A DNA stretch of 64,000 bases from a virus, in the IMG/VR virus record IMGVR_UViG_3300017971_004103, positions 12,764 to 76,763 of that record, one strand, 5' to 3'. The notes below the pieces were generated by a model. It was given only the letters and a program-made list of their open reading frames with translations. It did not search any database and was not told the DNA's origin. A program made the translations under genes and the position numbers. Positions 28,667-37,904 of this stretch are shown here, in pieces; positions within the stretch are counted from its first letter, which is position 1, and every line of letters starts with the position of its first letter.

Positions 28667-29018
28667 GCCCTATGCAACCAACCCCAAGGGATGGGGATTT
28701 GCGACCATAGGGCTTTACAGGGAAGGACGGTAGTAGCTTCCTACTGTCCTTTCGGATGTCGAAAGAAGCGACTATTTTAATGGTTTCGGCATCCAGATAA
28801 TTAAATCCCCGTCATCATACGTGATGGCGGGTTTTATCCGAGGGTCGGTAGGCCGACACAATAGCCCCCGTTATCATTTACAGGATAGCGGGGGTACATT
28901 TTGGGGTTATGGCTAAAAGCTCAGATGTGCCAGTACCGTCCAGACGGGCAAACATCACCTATGAGTGGAAACACTCAGAAGCCAAGCGGGGAGCCAGTCC
29001 GCAATGCCTAACGCCCCA
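28667..29018 (+). ncRNA. Candidate structured RNA (hairpin array plus multibranch domain)
   Basis: At least 7 helices in about 350 nt of intergenic sequence, several with G-U pairs on the + strand. Confidence 0.4.
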
Positions 29019-29044
29019 TTAATTGATTTTACGGAGGATTTAAC

Positions 29045-29818
29045 ATGAGAAAATTTTTCAATGCTTTAGTAATTAGTATGATTTTCATTTTTGCAATAGC
29101 AATTAACACTATGGCCTCGGATAGCATATATACCTGGTCTGAAATGGAGGCAGTAGACACAACCTTTCAAACAGGCGATTGGTTATGGTGGAGACCTGCT
29201 CAATGGATGATTGCTGAGGGTTTTGTGTTCCCGACTGAAATAACAGAGGCAATTTGCACAGACAAAGAGATAGAAGATCGTAATATAGAGATTGCTTATG
29301 CACATGCTGATTACTGTAGGAAGTGTGATGATCCCAATGATTATATTAGAACATCTACCCCTGGGGATGGAATGAGGGCGGATAGTTCTATTAGTAGCAG
29401 AGCATCAAGTGGTACATTTGACAAGTTATTGGTATTGAGACCAACGGATAAGAGCCGGGTATCTACCATGAATGACAAGTGTGATAATGCTACGGGCAAA
29501 TATGATTGGATGGGTTATTATTTATATAATTACGATACCTATATTCCCACATTGAAAAGACCACTTAAGCCTAATTGCCTGGAGAGGAAAGTAGCAAGAC
29601 AAATATATGAACTATTTCCCTTTCTAACAATCGGCGTAGGTCATTGCCATTCTGCATCCTGTGTTTGGGCAACTGCCGGTTTAAAAAATCCACCCGATTG
29701 TCACACCTTCAATATGTTTAAATTACTCAGGGGGATTAGAGCTGGCACTAATGCGGATTTTTATATTGCGGGTGAATATGACATAGTGAATGGTTCATTA
29801 ATTCCTATTGGGGAATAA
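29045..29818 (+). CDS. Secreted protein, probable permuted papain-like (NlpC/P60) fold
   Basis: Signal peptide; Q.GD.L, HA, GKYDW and a later Cys, in His-before-Cys order. Confidence 0.45.
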   Translation: MRKFFNALVISMIFIFAIAINTMASDSIYTWSEMEAVDTTFQTGDWLWWRPAQWMIAEGFVFPTEITEAICTDKEIEDRNIEIAYAHADYCRKCDDPNDYIRTSTPGDGMRADSSISSRASSGTFDKLLVLRPTDKSRVSTMNDKCDNATGKYDWMGYYLYNYDTYIPTLKRPLKPNCLERKVARQIYELFPFLTIGVGHCHSASCVWATAGLKNPPDCHTFNMFKLLRGIRAGTNADFYIAGEYDIVNGSLIPIGE

Positions 29819-29838
29819 ATTAACATGGGGATAGGGGA

Positions 29839-30276
29839 ATGAATTTAGTCATAGCACTCACGGCATTAAAAATGATGCAAGAGTTTATGAAAAACTCACC
29901 CAAACTCCAAAGGCTTGTTGATCGGGAGATTGATAGGGTTGAAGATCACTTTAAGCAGGGCACGATAAGAGATAAGGCCACAGAAATAGCTTGTAAGATT
30001 TTAAGAAACCAATTGAAAACCCCAAATTTACAAACAGAACAGATTGAAAAAACATTAGTTATGGAGGACAAGAAAATGAAAATAGGAATTTTTGAAGCAC
30101 TTAAAATGATTACTCAGTTGATACCCTATTTATTGTTGGCAGCAAGGCTATTCAATGAGCATAAGGCTGACGACGGGAAGGTAGATTTGCTTGAATGGAT
30201 AGATATAGTAAAGCAGATTCTTGATAAGCTGGTAGAGGATTTGGCAGCCAAGGATTTCACCCCGGCAAAGGCATAA
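29839..30276 (+). CDS. Hypothetical helical protein
   Basis: ORF with RBS; internal GGAGG plus ATG near 30076 suggests a second start. Confidence 0.5.
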   Translation: MNLVIALTALKMMQEFMKNSPKLQRLVDREIDRVEDHFKQGTIRDKATEIACKILRNQLKTPNLQTEQIEKTLVMEDKKMKIGIFEALKMITQLIPYLLLAARLFNEHKADDGKVDLLEWIDIVKQILDKLVEDLAAKDFTPAKA

Positions 30277-30298
30277 TATAATAGCCAAGGGATTTGAT

Positions 30299-30662
30299 TT
30301 AAGGCAGAGAGGTAGATAGACAAGGAGGTAGATAGTTATGATATTGAAAATTAAGGGCTATGGATTCGATGGAGAAACACAGGGAAAAACCTGGTGGATA
30401 TATGGAGACCTAAAAAGAATCCGCTATGAGGAAGTAAGTTATTTAGAACACATTGACAATGACTACGATCTACTCAACCTGAGTAATAAAATTGAAGCAT
30501 CCCCCGATAGGGATAGAAGGGTTATAAGTATAGCTATGTTACATTTAAATGGTCAGGAATATACCATATTAACTGATACAATAGCTTATATTTGTAACGA
30601 AAGCGGTGAAACCGTAGAAAAAATAGTGTGTAACTGTTAATTAATTAACCTCTCTGCCTTAA
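30299..30662. repeat. Perfect 15-bp inverted repeat bracketing a single gene
   Basis: TTAAGGCAGAGAGGT (30299-30313) and ACCTCTCTGCCTTAA (30648-30662). Confidence 0.85.
30338..30640 (+). CDS. Small beta-rich phage protein (AYxxNxxGxT family)
   Basis: AAGGAGGT RBS; C-terminal AYICNESGETVEKI. Confidence 0.7.
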   Translation: MILKIKGYGFDGETQGKTWWIYGDLKRIRYEEVSYLEHIDNDYDLLNLSNKIEASPDRDRRVISIAMLHLNGQEYTILTDTIAYICNESGETVEKIVCNC

Positions 30663-30681
30663 TAAATGAAATGGAAACAAA

Positions 30682-30876
30682 ATGACCACCAAGATATTTG
30701 ATCTTAATAGGGAAAAGCTAAAAAGAATACGGCGGGAAAGGGATATCGAACCCTTAACGGGCAAGACATTATTAACCCGCCTTCGTGAGTTTAATGAAGC
30801 TCTAAGACTGTCTAATGAGCGAATGAAAAGGGATAGGGAAAAGCGTGAAGCCGAAAGAAATATTCCAAAAACTTGA
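30682..30876 (+). CDS. Hypothetical charged protein
   Basis: Co-oriented ORF. Confidence 0.4.
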   Translation: MTTKIFDLNREKLKRIRRERDIEPLTGKTLLTRLREFNEALRLSNERMKRDREKREAERNIPKT

Positions 30877-31429
30877 GGCCGATGGATTCAAACGGTTTAT
30901 GAGAGGTGACATAATCCTTACCAATAATCTATCGGGCATATTTGCAAGGTTAATCAGGCTTAAGACTAATGGCAAGTGTAACCATGCCGAGCTCTATGCC
31001 TTTACTGGCCATACCATCGGGGCAACTAGGACGGGAGTAGACATAAACAATCTCAAGCGATTTTTTAACGGCAAAAATGAGGTTTATGTTTTTCGATGTA
31101 AGGAATTGAGTCAAAACGATAGAACAAAAATTCTTTATAATGCCTGCCGATGGTTACATAGACCCTATGACTGGTGGGGTATTGTTTGTCAGGGACTTGA
31201 CTGGGTATCTAGGTCAACTTGGTTTTCAAGAAAACTCAATGGTTCACACTTTCCTTATTGTAGCGAATTAGTCGGGCGTGCATATAGGGGCAAAAGAAAG
31301 ATATCGGGAAGACTAATTGAGGCTACAGCTCCACAGGATATATTTGATTATCTAAATACCTCCCCTAAATGGAAACAAGTTTTTAATATGTTTAAGACAG
31401 GAGATTCATGGTTTTCAAATATTTCCTAA
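30845..31429 (+). CDS. Permuted papain-like amidase (YiiX/YebB-like NlpC/P60)
   Basis: GDIIL, NHAELY, PYDW, YCSELV..AY, PQDI. Confidence 0.85.
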   Translation: MKPKEIFQKLEADGFKRFMRGDIILTNNLSGIFARLIRLKTNGKCNHAELYAFTGHTIGATRTGVDINNLKRFFNGKNEVYVFRCKELSQNDRTKILYNACRWLHRPYDWWGIVCQGLDWVSRSTWFSRKLNGSHFPYCSELVGRAYRGKRKISGRLIEATAPQDIFDYLNTSPKWKQVFNMFKTGDSWFSNIS

Positions 31430-31560
31430 TCACCATTGTTATTATTATGCTTTGTGGTTGTAGCATAAGCCTGAGAAATAGACAAGATGAAGCCATATGT
31501 AATCATAGAATAATGGACAATTGTACGGTATATATAGTATTTGAGGCAAGGCTTAAATAA
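31408..31560 (+). CDS. Small lipoprotein
   Basis: AGGAG RBS; MVFKYFLITIVIIMLCGC lipobox. Confidence 0.5.
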   Translation: MVFKYFLITIVIIMLCGCSISLRNRQDEAICNHRIMDNCTVYIVFEARLK

Positions 31561-31637
31561 TGAATTCAGCTAGTGCACTTTATGCAACAGCTTGTTGCAC
31601 TTTTAGACCGTTCAATTGAGCGGTTTTTGCTTTCAAT

Positions 31638-31714
31638 GGGGACGTAATTCAATTTGGGGGAATACCAGTTTTGCACACTGGAGGTTGAGGGTTCGATTCC
31701 CTCCGTCTCCACCA
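31638..31714 (+). tRNA. tRNA-Ala(UGC)
   Basis: Acceptor GGGGACG/CGTCTCC with G3:U70, anticodon arm CCAGT-TTTGCAC-ACTGG, TTCGA loop, encoded CCA. Confidence 0.92.
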
Positions 31715-31718
31715 TTAT

Positions 31719-31794
31719 TGCGGGGTAGGCAAGTGGTTAAGCCGATGGTCTCATAAGCCATAATTCACGGGTTCGACTCCCGTCCCCGCTACCA
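31719..31794 (+). tRNA. tRNA-Met(CAU), initiator-like
   Basis: TGCGGGG/CCCCGCT with 1:72 mismatch, anticodon loop CTCATAA, GTTCGAC, encoded CCA. Confidence 0.88.
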
Positions 31795-31799
31795 TTTTA

Positions 31800-31873
31800 G
31801 GGGCGTTGGTGTAGCGGGAACATCCCAGACTCCAAACCTGGGGCCGAGGGTTCAAATCCTTCACGCCCTGCCA
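31800..31873 (+). tRNA. tRNA-Trp(CCA)
   Basis: GGGGCGT/ACGCCCT, anticodon loop CTCCAAA, G73, encoded CCA. Confidence 0.88.
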
Positions 31874-31895
31874 TTTTTTGAGGACAAAAGGAGTG

Positions 31896-32291
31896 ATGAA
31901 GAAAAAGAAAAGTAACAAAGCACAGATCAAGGAATTGATTAGGAAAAGTTGGGATGAAATTGTTGATATAGTGCCATTAATTAGAATTTATCTTATTCAC
32001 TGGAACGAAGAAAAAGAAAACCAACATGGTGGACATTTTACCATATGGTATAGTTCGGAGAATTTTCAAGCAGTTTTAACAATATTCGCAGGTGTATATG
32101 ATCATCCTTGTGACAAAACGCATATAGAATGGAGTCTTTGTCACGAAGCGGGGCATATATATTTATGGGAACATGAGGGCAAATTCACAGATACAGAGAA
32201 AGCAGCAACTTTAATAGGGGAATTAATTTATAAATTATTAATGAATAAGCGGGAAAATGCGAAAAAAAAGAGACTACAAAAAAGAATATAA
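31896..32291 (+). CDS. HExxH motif protein
   Basis: CHEAGH; AAGGAG RBS before ATG 31896. Confidence 0.55.
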   Translation: MKKKKSNKAQIKELIRKSWDEIVDIVPLIRIYLIHWNEEKENQHGGHFTIWYSSENFQAVLTIFAGVYDHPCDKTHIEWSLCHEAGHIYLWEHEGKFTDTEKAATLIGELIYKLLMNKRENAKKKRLQKRI

Positions 32292-32484
32292 TGATTATCA
32301 CTCAAAGCCTGACCAAAAGAAAAATCGGGCGCTACGAAATGCAGCTCGTAAAAGGGCGGGTTTAAAAGTTGGCGATCCAAGGGAGGTTGATCATAAAAAA
32401 CCACTGTCAAAGGGCGGCACTAATAGAAAGAATAATTTAAGAATTATATTGCGAAAGACAAACCGGAAAAAGGGAAAGAGGTGA
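32257..32484 (+). CDS. Small HNH endonuclease
   Basis: RDYKKEY...EVDHKKPLSKGGTN...NL......NR.K. Confidence 0.85.
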   Translation: MRKKRDYKKEYNDYHSKPDQKKNRALRNAARKRAGLKVGDPREVDHKKPLSKGGTNRKNNLRIILRKTNRKKGKR

Positions 32485-33026
32485 AACTACACCTTGGCTG
32501 TGGCAGCGACTATCTGGATGGATATACTAACATTGATAAGTTTGATTATGAGAAAGGTGATACGTCCAGGCGTGGCAGTAAGTATGATGTTAAGGCCGAT
32601 ATATTCAAACTCCCCCTTGAAAATAATAGCATTGAATTGATATTAATTGTCCACACCCTTGAGCACTTTTATCGGTGGGATACGATTGATATCTTAAAAG
32701 AGTTTTACCGGGTATTGCAACTAGGCGGAAAGCTAGTTGTAGAAATGCCCGATCTTGATCGATGTATTGAGTGGTATGTTAATGCAAAATATGATCGGCA
32801 TGGCGGGAAGATACTTAATACCCCACTTGGTAAATTGAATAAGGGGTTCATTCAGCTTTATGGAAATCAGTGGTCAAGGCTTGAATATGAAACCCATAAG
32901 TATGTCTGGACAAAACCTGAATTTATAGGGGTATTACAAGAAGCTGATTTCTCGATAGAAGAAGTCACCAATAAAACAGAGTTTCACATGGTCAATAGGG
33001 ACATGAGGGTAATTGCGGTTAAATGA
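32481..33026 (+). CDS. SAM methyltransferase (Methyltransf_11-like)
   Basis: KLHLGCG, GYTNID, HTLEH, E.YRVL..GG.L....PD. Confidence 0.85.
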   Translation: MKLHLGCGSDYLDGYTNIDKFDYEKGDTSRRGSKYDVKADIFKLPLENNSIELILIVHTLEHFYRWDTIDILKEFYRVLQLGGKLVVEMPDLDRCIEWYVNAKYDRHGGKILNTPLGKLNKGFIQLYGNQWSRLEYETHKYVWTKPEFIGVLQEADFSIEEVTNKTEFHMVNRDMRVIAVK

Positions 33027-33493
33027 ATTATCGATGGGAATTCTTAATCAAACAAATCCAAGACAATGACTACAAAATCATAGCAGAGATCGGTGTTTTA
33101 AAGGGTAATACCATGATACCGATTTTAAGGGAATGTACCGTTAAAAGCTATTATGCCATTGATACCGTACCGCAAAAGAAATGCTATATTGATAATAGAA
33201 TTAAATGGATAGGAAAACCCTCAATCGAAGCCGCAAAAGAAATAGCAGATAAAAGCATGGATTTAGTTTTTATTGATGCTAGTCATAAATATCGGCACGT
33301 GAAAGAAGATATTATCGCATGGTTACCAAAAGTAAAAGACGGTGGAATGCTTTGTGGTCATGATTATTGCCCGGCGGAGACGGGAGTATATCGGGCAGTA
33401 AATGAATTATTGCCGAATGTTCAATTCGTAGAACTAAAGGGTGAGCCATGTGGTAATCAATTCAGGGGAATTTGGTTTGTGGAGATAAAATAA
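33023..33493 (+). CDS. SAM methyltransferase (Methyltransf_24-like)
   Basis: AEIGV..G, DLVFIDA.H.Y..V..DI.AW.PKVK.GG.LCGHDY. Confidence 0.85.
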   Translation: MNYRWEFLIKQIQDNDYKIIAEIGVLKGNTMIPILRECTVKSYYAIDTVPQKKCYIDNRIKWIGKPSIEAAKEIADKSMDLVFIDASHKYRHVKEDIIAWLPKVKDGGMLCGHDYCPAETGVYRAVNELLPNVQFVELKGEPCGNQFRGIWFVEIK

Positions 33494-34185
33494 TGGCAAG
33501 AGTAGAACCATTCATATCAATAGTTACCAGGGCACACAATCGGCTTGAATATACAATCAGGTGTGTAAACGCCGTGCGGAATAATACCCTATATCCAAAC
33601 TACGAACACATTATTGTTTCTCAGGGATCAACTGACGGAACGGTTGAATGGTTGAACTGGATTAAAAAAGATATGCCTAATCAATCCCACTTTTCACGGG
33701 TACGGGCATTTCACCCCGGCAAAAACTTGGGTAGTTTGGGGGGAACATTATATGCCTTAGAAAAAATACAGACTGATCTTATAGTAGTTCTCGATAATGA
33801 TATGGAGGTGCCAAGGGATTGGCTTCGTAAAATGGAGCATGTTTGGCACACCCTTTATCCATCAACCAAGGGATTAATTGCGGTAATGGCAAGGCGAATC
33901 GGCGTTACAAAAACAAAGAAATGTAATTTTTATGCACATTATAATTATGGCAAAATGATACTTTCTGTTTGGACAACCTCTGACCCTGGCGCCTGTTTCA
34001 TGTTCAAGAGAAAATCCCTATTAGAACATAGAAATGAAATGACCGAGCACTTACATGTTGGGAGATATGGAAAAACTTTCAAAATACTAGAGGTTGAAGT
34101 TACTCATATGGAGGGTGCCAATTTAGGTGGGGAAGGAAGTTATTTGCAGAATTTAAAATATAAGCCGAATGGTAAAAAGGCATGA
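33472..34185 (+). CDS. GT2 family glycosyltransferase
   Basis: ISIV..A.NR, GSTDGT, LDND. Start probably ATG 33493. Confidence 0.8.
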   Translation: MVCGDKIMARVEPFISIVTRAHNRLEYTIRCVNAVRNNTLYPNYEHIIVSQGSTDGTVEWLNWIKKDMPNQSHFSRVRAFHPGKNLGSLGGTLYALEKIQTDLIVVLDNDMEVPRDWLRKMEHVWHTLYPSTKGLIAVMARRIGVTKTKKCNFYAHYNYGKMILSVWTTSDPGACFMFKRKSLLEHRNEMTEHLHVGRYGKTFKILEVEVTHMEGANLGGEGSYLQNLKYKPNGKKA

Positions 34186-35330
34186 GCGATCCCAGACCAG
34201 ATATGTATCTCTACTACAAACAGTTAATGGATCATTTAAATTGGGATGAAACTAAAATTTTTAATGGTGAATTAATTTATCCCCGTCAATTTGAGATTCA
34301 TTTACCGGCAAACCATAAGAGGCCATGCAATCTGGCATGTCCTGCATGTGCCGGAGCTTTTTTTGATAAATCACTAGGCCGATGGGAAATAGATTGTCTG
34401 GAATTACTCGATAAACTTCAGGGCAAAATTCCCTATCATATCTATGGCGGTGCATATACTGAGCCCCTACTAAATCCCTACTTTATTACCTTTATGGCCA
34501 TGACCAAAAAATGGGGTAATCATTTCGGCATCCACACTAACGGGACACACCTCGATGACCTTGAAACAAAATACGGCTTATTGACAGAGCTCAATAAGTT
34601 ATCTACTGATGATGTAGACTATTTATCAATTAGCATTGATGCTGGACTGCCCTGGAGTTGGGGAAAGACTAAGGGCACGAAAAAGCGGAAAATGTTTGGA
34701 GATATTTTAGAGGGAATAAGGCGGGCTTGTGAAATCAGAAAGAATGCCGGTGGTGGACATGCAATCAGATTGTGCTATTTGATTTCTTCCGCCAGTGGGA
34801 ATATTGAGGATTTTAATGCCATAGTATCAATTGCTAAAAGTTTGGGTGTAGATAGTCTCAGATTTAGCATACCTTTCGGGAGCTACAATCAGAGCTTTGA
34901 TAAAATCCGAGAATATAAGGCCAACACGGAAATCCCCGGCCATACCGTTTACGAGAAATTACTTGAGCCGATTGTATCAAAAAGCAAAGACGAAAGACCA
35001 TATATATTTTATACGGGGCCGGAATATACGGACATTGATAAGTATGACTTTACAGTTTGTGCCTACGGATATTATCAAGTCACTGTTTCCGCCGATGGTT
35101 ATTTTTATAAGTGTAGTACGACTGCAACTCCTACGGGCAAGCAATGCAGAATTGGAAAGATGTCCCCCGACCTAGAGAAATTTAAAAAGGTTATCATGAG
35201 AAACCAGAACCTAAAATGGGATTGCCGGAAAATGTGTTTTGACAAGGGCTTACGAGGAAACCGCATGGCATTAGAAATCAACACCATAGTTAATGAATTG
35301 CTTGAAGGCAAGTCTGAAAGTGCAACATAA
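34182..35330 (+). CDS. Radical SAM protein with SPASM/twitch-like domain
   Basis: CNLACPAC, EPLLNP, TNG, SID, C.......V.ADG..YKC. Confidence 0.85.
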   Translation: MSDPRPDMYLYYKQLMDHLNWDETKIFNGELIYPRQFEIHLPANHKRPCNLACPACAGAFFDKSLGRWEIDCLELLDKLQGKIPYHIYGGAYTEPLLNPYFITFMAMTKKWGNHFGIHTNGTHLDDLETKYGLLTELNKLSTDDVDYLSISIDAGLPWSWGKTKGTKKRKMFGDILEGIRRACEIRKNAGGGHAIRLCYLISSASGNIEDFNAIVSIAKSLGVDSLRFSIPFGSYNQSFDKIREYKANTEIPGHTVYEKLLEPIVSKSKDERPYIFYTGPEYTDIDKYDFTVCAYGYYQVTVSADGYFYKCSTTATPTGKQCRIGKMSPDLEKFKKVIMRNQNLKWDCRKMCFDKGLRGNRMALEINTIVNELLEGKSESAT

Positions 35331-36264
35331 ATATACGGGGACAATATGTGCACCATCCAGATACCGCAAGGAAGCATGCCTAACCGACCGCTATGCTCTT
35401 TTGCTAGAATCTCTTGCCAGGAAATTAAACTGGAAACTTCTGTTTGCAGACAATATCCGACGTCCCAAATTAGAGGGGAATACATTATTCCTATTTAAAA
35501 TCCCAATTAATGAGCGTAGGAGCCCTGTATTACCGGTTAATGAAATCCCTCCCCAAATGAAAGTCATTTGCTATATGACTGACCTACAGATTAATCAAAA
35601 GCAATATGGTTATCGGTATATCAAAAATTGTGATCGCATGTTTAAGCGGGCAGATATTATCCTTTGCCCGAACGTGCGATCCTTTTATCAGCGGTGGCAA
35701 AAGTATTTTTCCAAGCTAATCTTTTTCCCTCATTTTATTGCCCCGACAAGTAGATATAAACGATTGACTCAAATTAGTCACCAGACAAAGAAAGCTCTGC
35801 TTATTGGATTGATAGGTAAGAAAGAATATCCATTTAGGTTATTCTTGCGGCAATTGCAATCGGATTTAATTGAAGAAGTCCCGCACCCTGGCGATAGATT
35901 TGACGTTTATGAACGATTAGAGAGCGGTTATAAGATCAGAGATGCTTATGCCGAAACCATCAACCAATATGTGTGCGCTATTGCATCGAGTAGTCGATAT
36001 CATTATGTATTGGGAAAACATTTTGAAATCCCAGCATCCAATTCTATCTTATTGGCAAACGAGATTCCAGAACTAGCCAAGTGTGGATTTATGGCCAACG
36101 AACACTATATACCCATAAGCAAAAAGAATGCCCGTGAAATAATTGAAGATGTTACCCAAAATTCTTGGAAATATAGCCACATAAGAGAGAATGCAAGAAA
36201 TCTTGTTTTTAGTAGACATACCATTGAACATAGAATTGAACAAATTATTCAAATGGTAAGTTAA
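35293..36264 (+). CDS. CgeB/Glyco_trans_1_2-like glycosyltransferase
   Basis: YP.R, HPG, YA..IN, K.FEIPA...LL, GF....HYI, HT...R. Confidence 0.75.
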   Translation: MNCLKASLKVQHKYTGTICAPSRYRKEACLTDRYALLLESLARKLNWKLLFADNIRRPKLEGNTLFLFKIPINERRSPVLPVNEIPPQMKVICYMTDLQINQKQYGYRYIKNCDRMFKRADIILCPNVRSFYQRWQKYFSKLIFFPHFIAPTSRYKRLTQISHQTKKALLIGLIGKKEYPFRLFLRQLQSDLIEEVPHPGDRFDVYERLESGYKIRDAYAETINQYVCAIASSSRYHYVLGKHFEIPASNSILLANEIPELAKCGFMANEHYIPISKKNAREIIEDVTQNSWKYSHIRENARNLVFSRHTIEHRIEQIIQMVS

Positions 36265-37236
36265 ATGATCAAAGCATTTATTACTGGTGGGGCAGGATTT
36301 ATCGGTAGTCACCTAGTGGATGCCCTAATAGACAAATATGATATTACTGTTTATGACAATCTAAGTTCCGGGAATAAGGAATTTCTAAGACCGCACCTTG
36401 ACAAATCTAAAATCAAATTTATCTGCGGCGACTTGTTGGATAGAAAGAAACTACAGCAAAGCATTGCAGGTCATGACATTGTTTATCACTTAGCCGCCAA
36501 TTCTAATGTTAAGCCCGATATCCCGTCTACTGAACTTGATCTTACACAGGGAACAATAGCTACTTATAGTGTTATTGAATCAATGCGGCTAACCGGAATA
36601 AGGGACATTGTTTTTTCTTCTAGCTCTGTAGTTTATGGAAAGCCGGAAGTTTTCCCCACCCCAGAGAACTACGGGCCACTCTTACCTATTTCCCTGTATG
36701 GTGCAAGCAAGCTGGCATGTGAATCTCTAATAACTGCCTTTTGTCATATGTTTAATATGAGATGTTGGATTTTTAGGTTTGCTAATATTGTAGGTACACG
36801 ACAGACACATGGAATAATATTTGATTTCCTAAACAAGCTATTATCAAATCCCAGTGAACTTGAAATATTGGGAAATGGCAAACAAAAGAAATCATATCTA
36901 TTGGTTAGGGAATGTATTGAGGGAATAATTTTAGGTGTAGAAAAAGCACGGGATAAAATTAATGTATACAATCTTGGTAGTACCAGCCAGGTTGAGGTAG
37001 ACGAAATAGCCAATATTCTTGTCAATGAGAGAGGGTTAAGTACAATAAGATTCAGGCATACGGGCGGCGAAGGTGGCTGGCCCGGAGATGTTCCGGCGAT
37101 GCTACTTGATGTTACTAAAATAAACAGACTAGGGTGGAAGGCTCGATACAATTCTAAAGAGGCAATATGCCAAGCGATAAAAGATACCGTAAAATCCAAG
37201 CAGTCATCCTTGCGGGAGGGTTGGGTACTCGGCTAA
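36265..37236 (+). CDS. NAD-dependent nucleotide-sugar epimerase/dehydratase
   Basis: GGAGFIGSH, HLAA, SSSSVVYG, YGASK, GGWPGD. Confidence 0.92.
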   Translation: MIKAFITGGAGFIGSHLVDALIDKYDITVYDNLSSGNKEFLRPHLDKSKIKFICGDLLDRKKLQQSIAGHDIVYHLAANSNVKPDIPSTELDLTQGTIATYSVIESMRLTGIRDIVFSSSSVVYGKPEVFPTPENYGPLLPISLYGASKLACESLITAFCHMFNMRCWIFRFANIVGTRQTHGIIFDFLNKLLSNPSELEILGNGKQKKSYLLVRECIEGIILGVEKARDKINVYNLGSTSQVEVDEIANILVNERGLSTIRFRHTGGEGGWPGDVPAMLLDVTKINRLGWKARYNSKEAICQAIKDTVKSKQSSLREGWVLG

Positions 37237-37904
37237 GGCCTCTTACTCACGAAGTTCCTAAACCTATGATCATAATAAGAAATAAACCCTTTCTTTATTA
37301 TCAAATCATATATTTAAAACGATCCGGTATAAAAAATATTTTACTTTTAGTGGGTTATTTGGGCGATCAAATTAAAAATTATTTTGGCGATGGAAGTATA
37401 TTTGGATTGTCCATAAAATACTCGGAAGATAAACATTGTCTCGGTACAGGCGGTGCAATAAAACAAGCAGCGCAATTACTTGATGACAGCTTTTTTTTAA
37501 TTTATGGAGATTCATTTTTACCAATTGAATACGATAAAATATTTGAACGATTTATTGAAAATGGCAAAAGGGGTCTTTTAGTGATTTCCCATAATAGTGA
37601 CCCTTTTGCAAGGGGCAATATTACCATAGACAAAGATTCAAATATTATAAGATATGAAAAAGATGGTAGCAATAGTCGCTTGAAATACATTGATGCTGGT
37701 GTTGGTGTTCTTAGTAAGGATATTTTAACCTTTTTAGGACAACATGAGATTACTTCATTGGAAAAAGAAGGATTCCCCGAATTAATCAAACATAAAGAAT
37801 TGGCAGGGTTTATTACAGATGAGAGATTTTATGATATTGGGACAGTGGCGGGATTGAATAAGTTCAGGAGGCGGTTAAATGATTATTTCCCGTACACCAT
37901 GTAG
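37167..37904 (+). CDS. hddC: Heptose-1-phosphate nucleotidyltransferase (HddC-like)
   Basis: AVILAGGLGTRL.P....PKPM, LGTGGA, YDIGT; adjacent to hddA and gmhA. Confidence 0.75.
   Translation: MPSDKRYRKIQAVILAGGLGTRLRPLTHEVPKPMIIIRNKPFLYYQIIYLKRSGIKNILLLVGYLGDQIKNYFGDGSIFGLSIKYSEDKHCLGTGGAIKQAAQLLDDSFFLIYGDSFLPIEYDKIFERFIENGKRGLLVISHNSDPFARGNITIDKDSNIIRYEKDGSNSRLKYIDAGVGVLSKDILTFLGQHEITSLEKEGFPELIKHKELAGFITDERFYDIGTVAGLNKFRRRLNDYFPYTM

Noticed and set aside
28903-29018. Fourth tRNA or known small ribozyme
   Set aside because: Ends in CCA but has no TTC T-loop adjacent to an acceptor stem; I could not match hammerhead, hairpin or twister cores.
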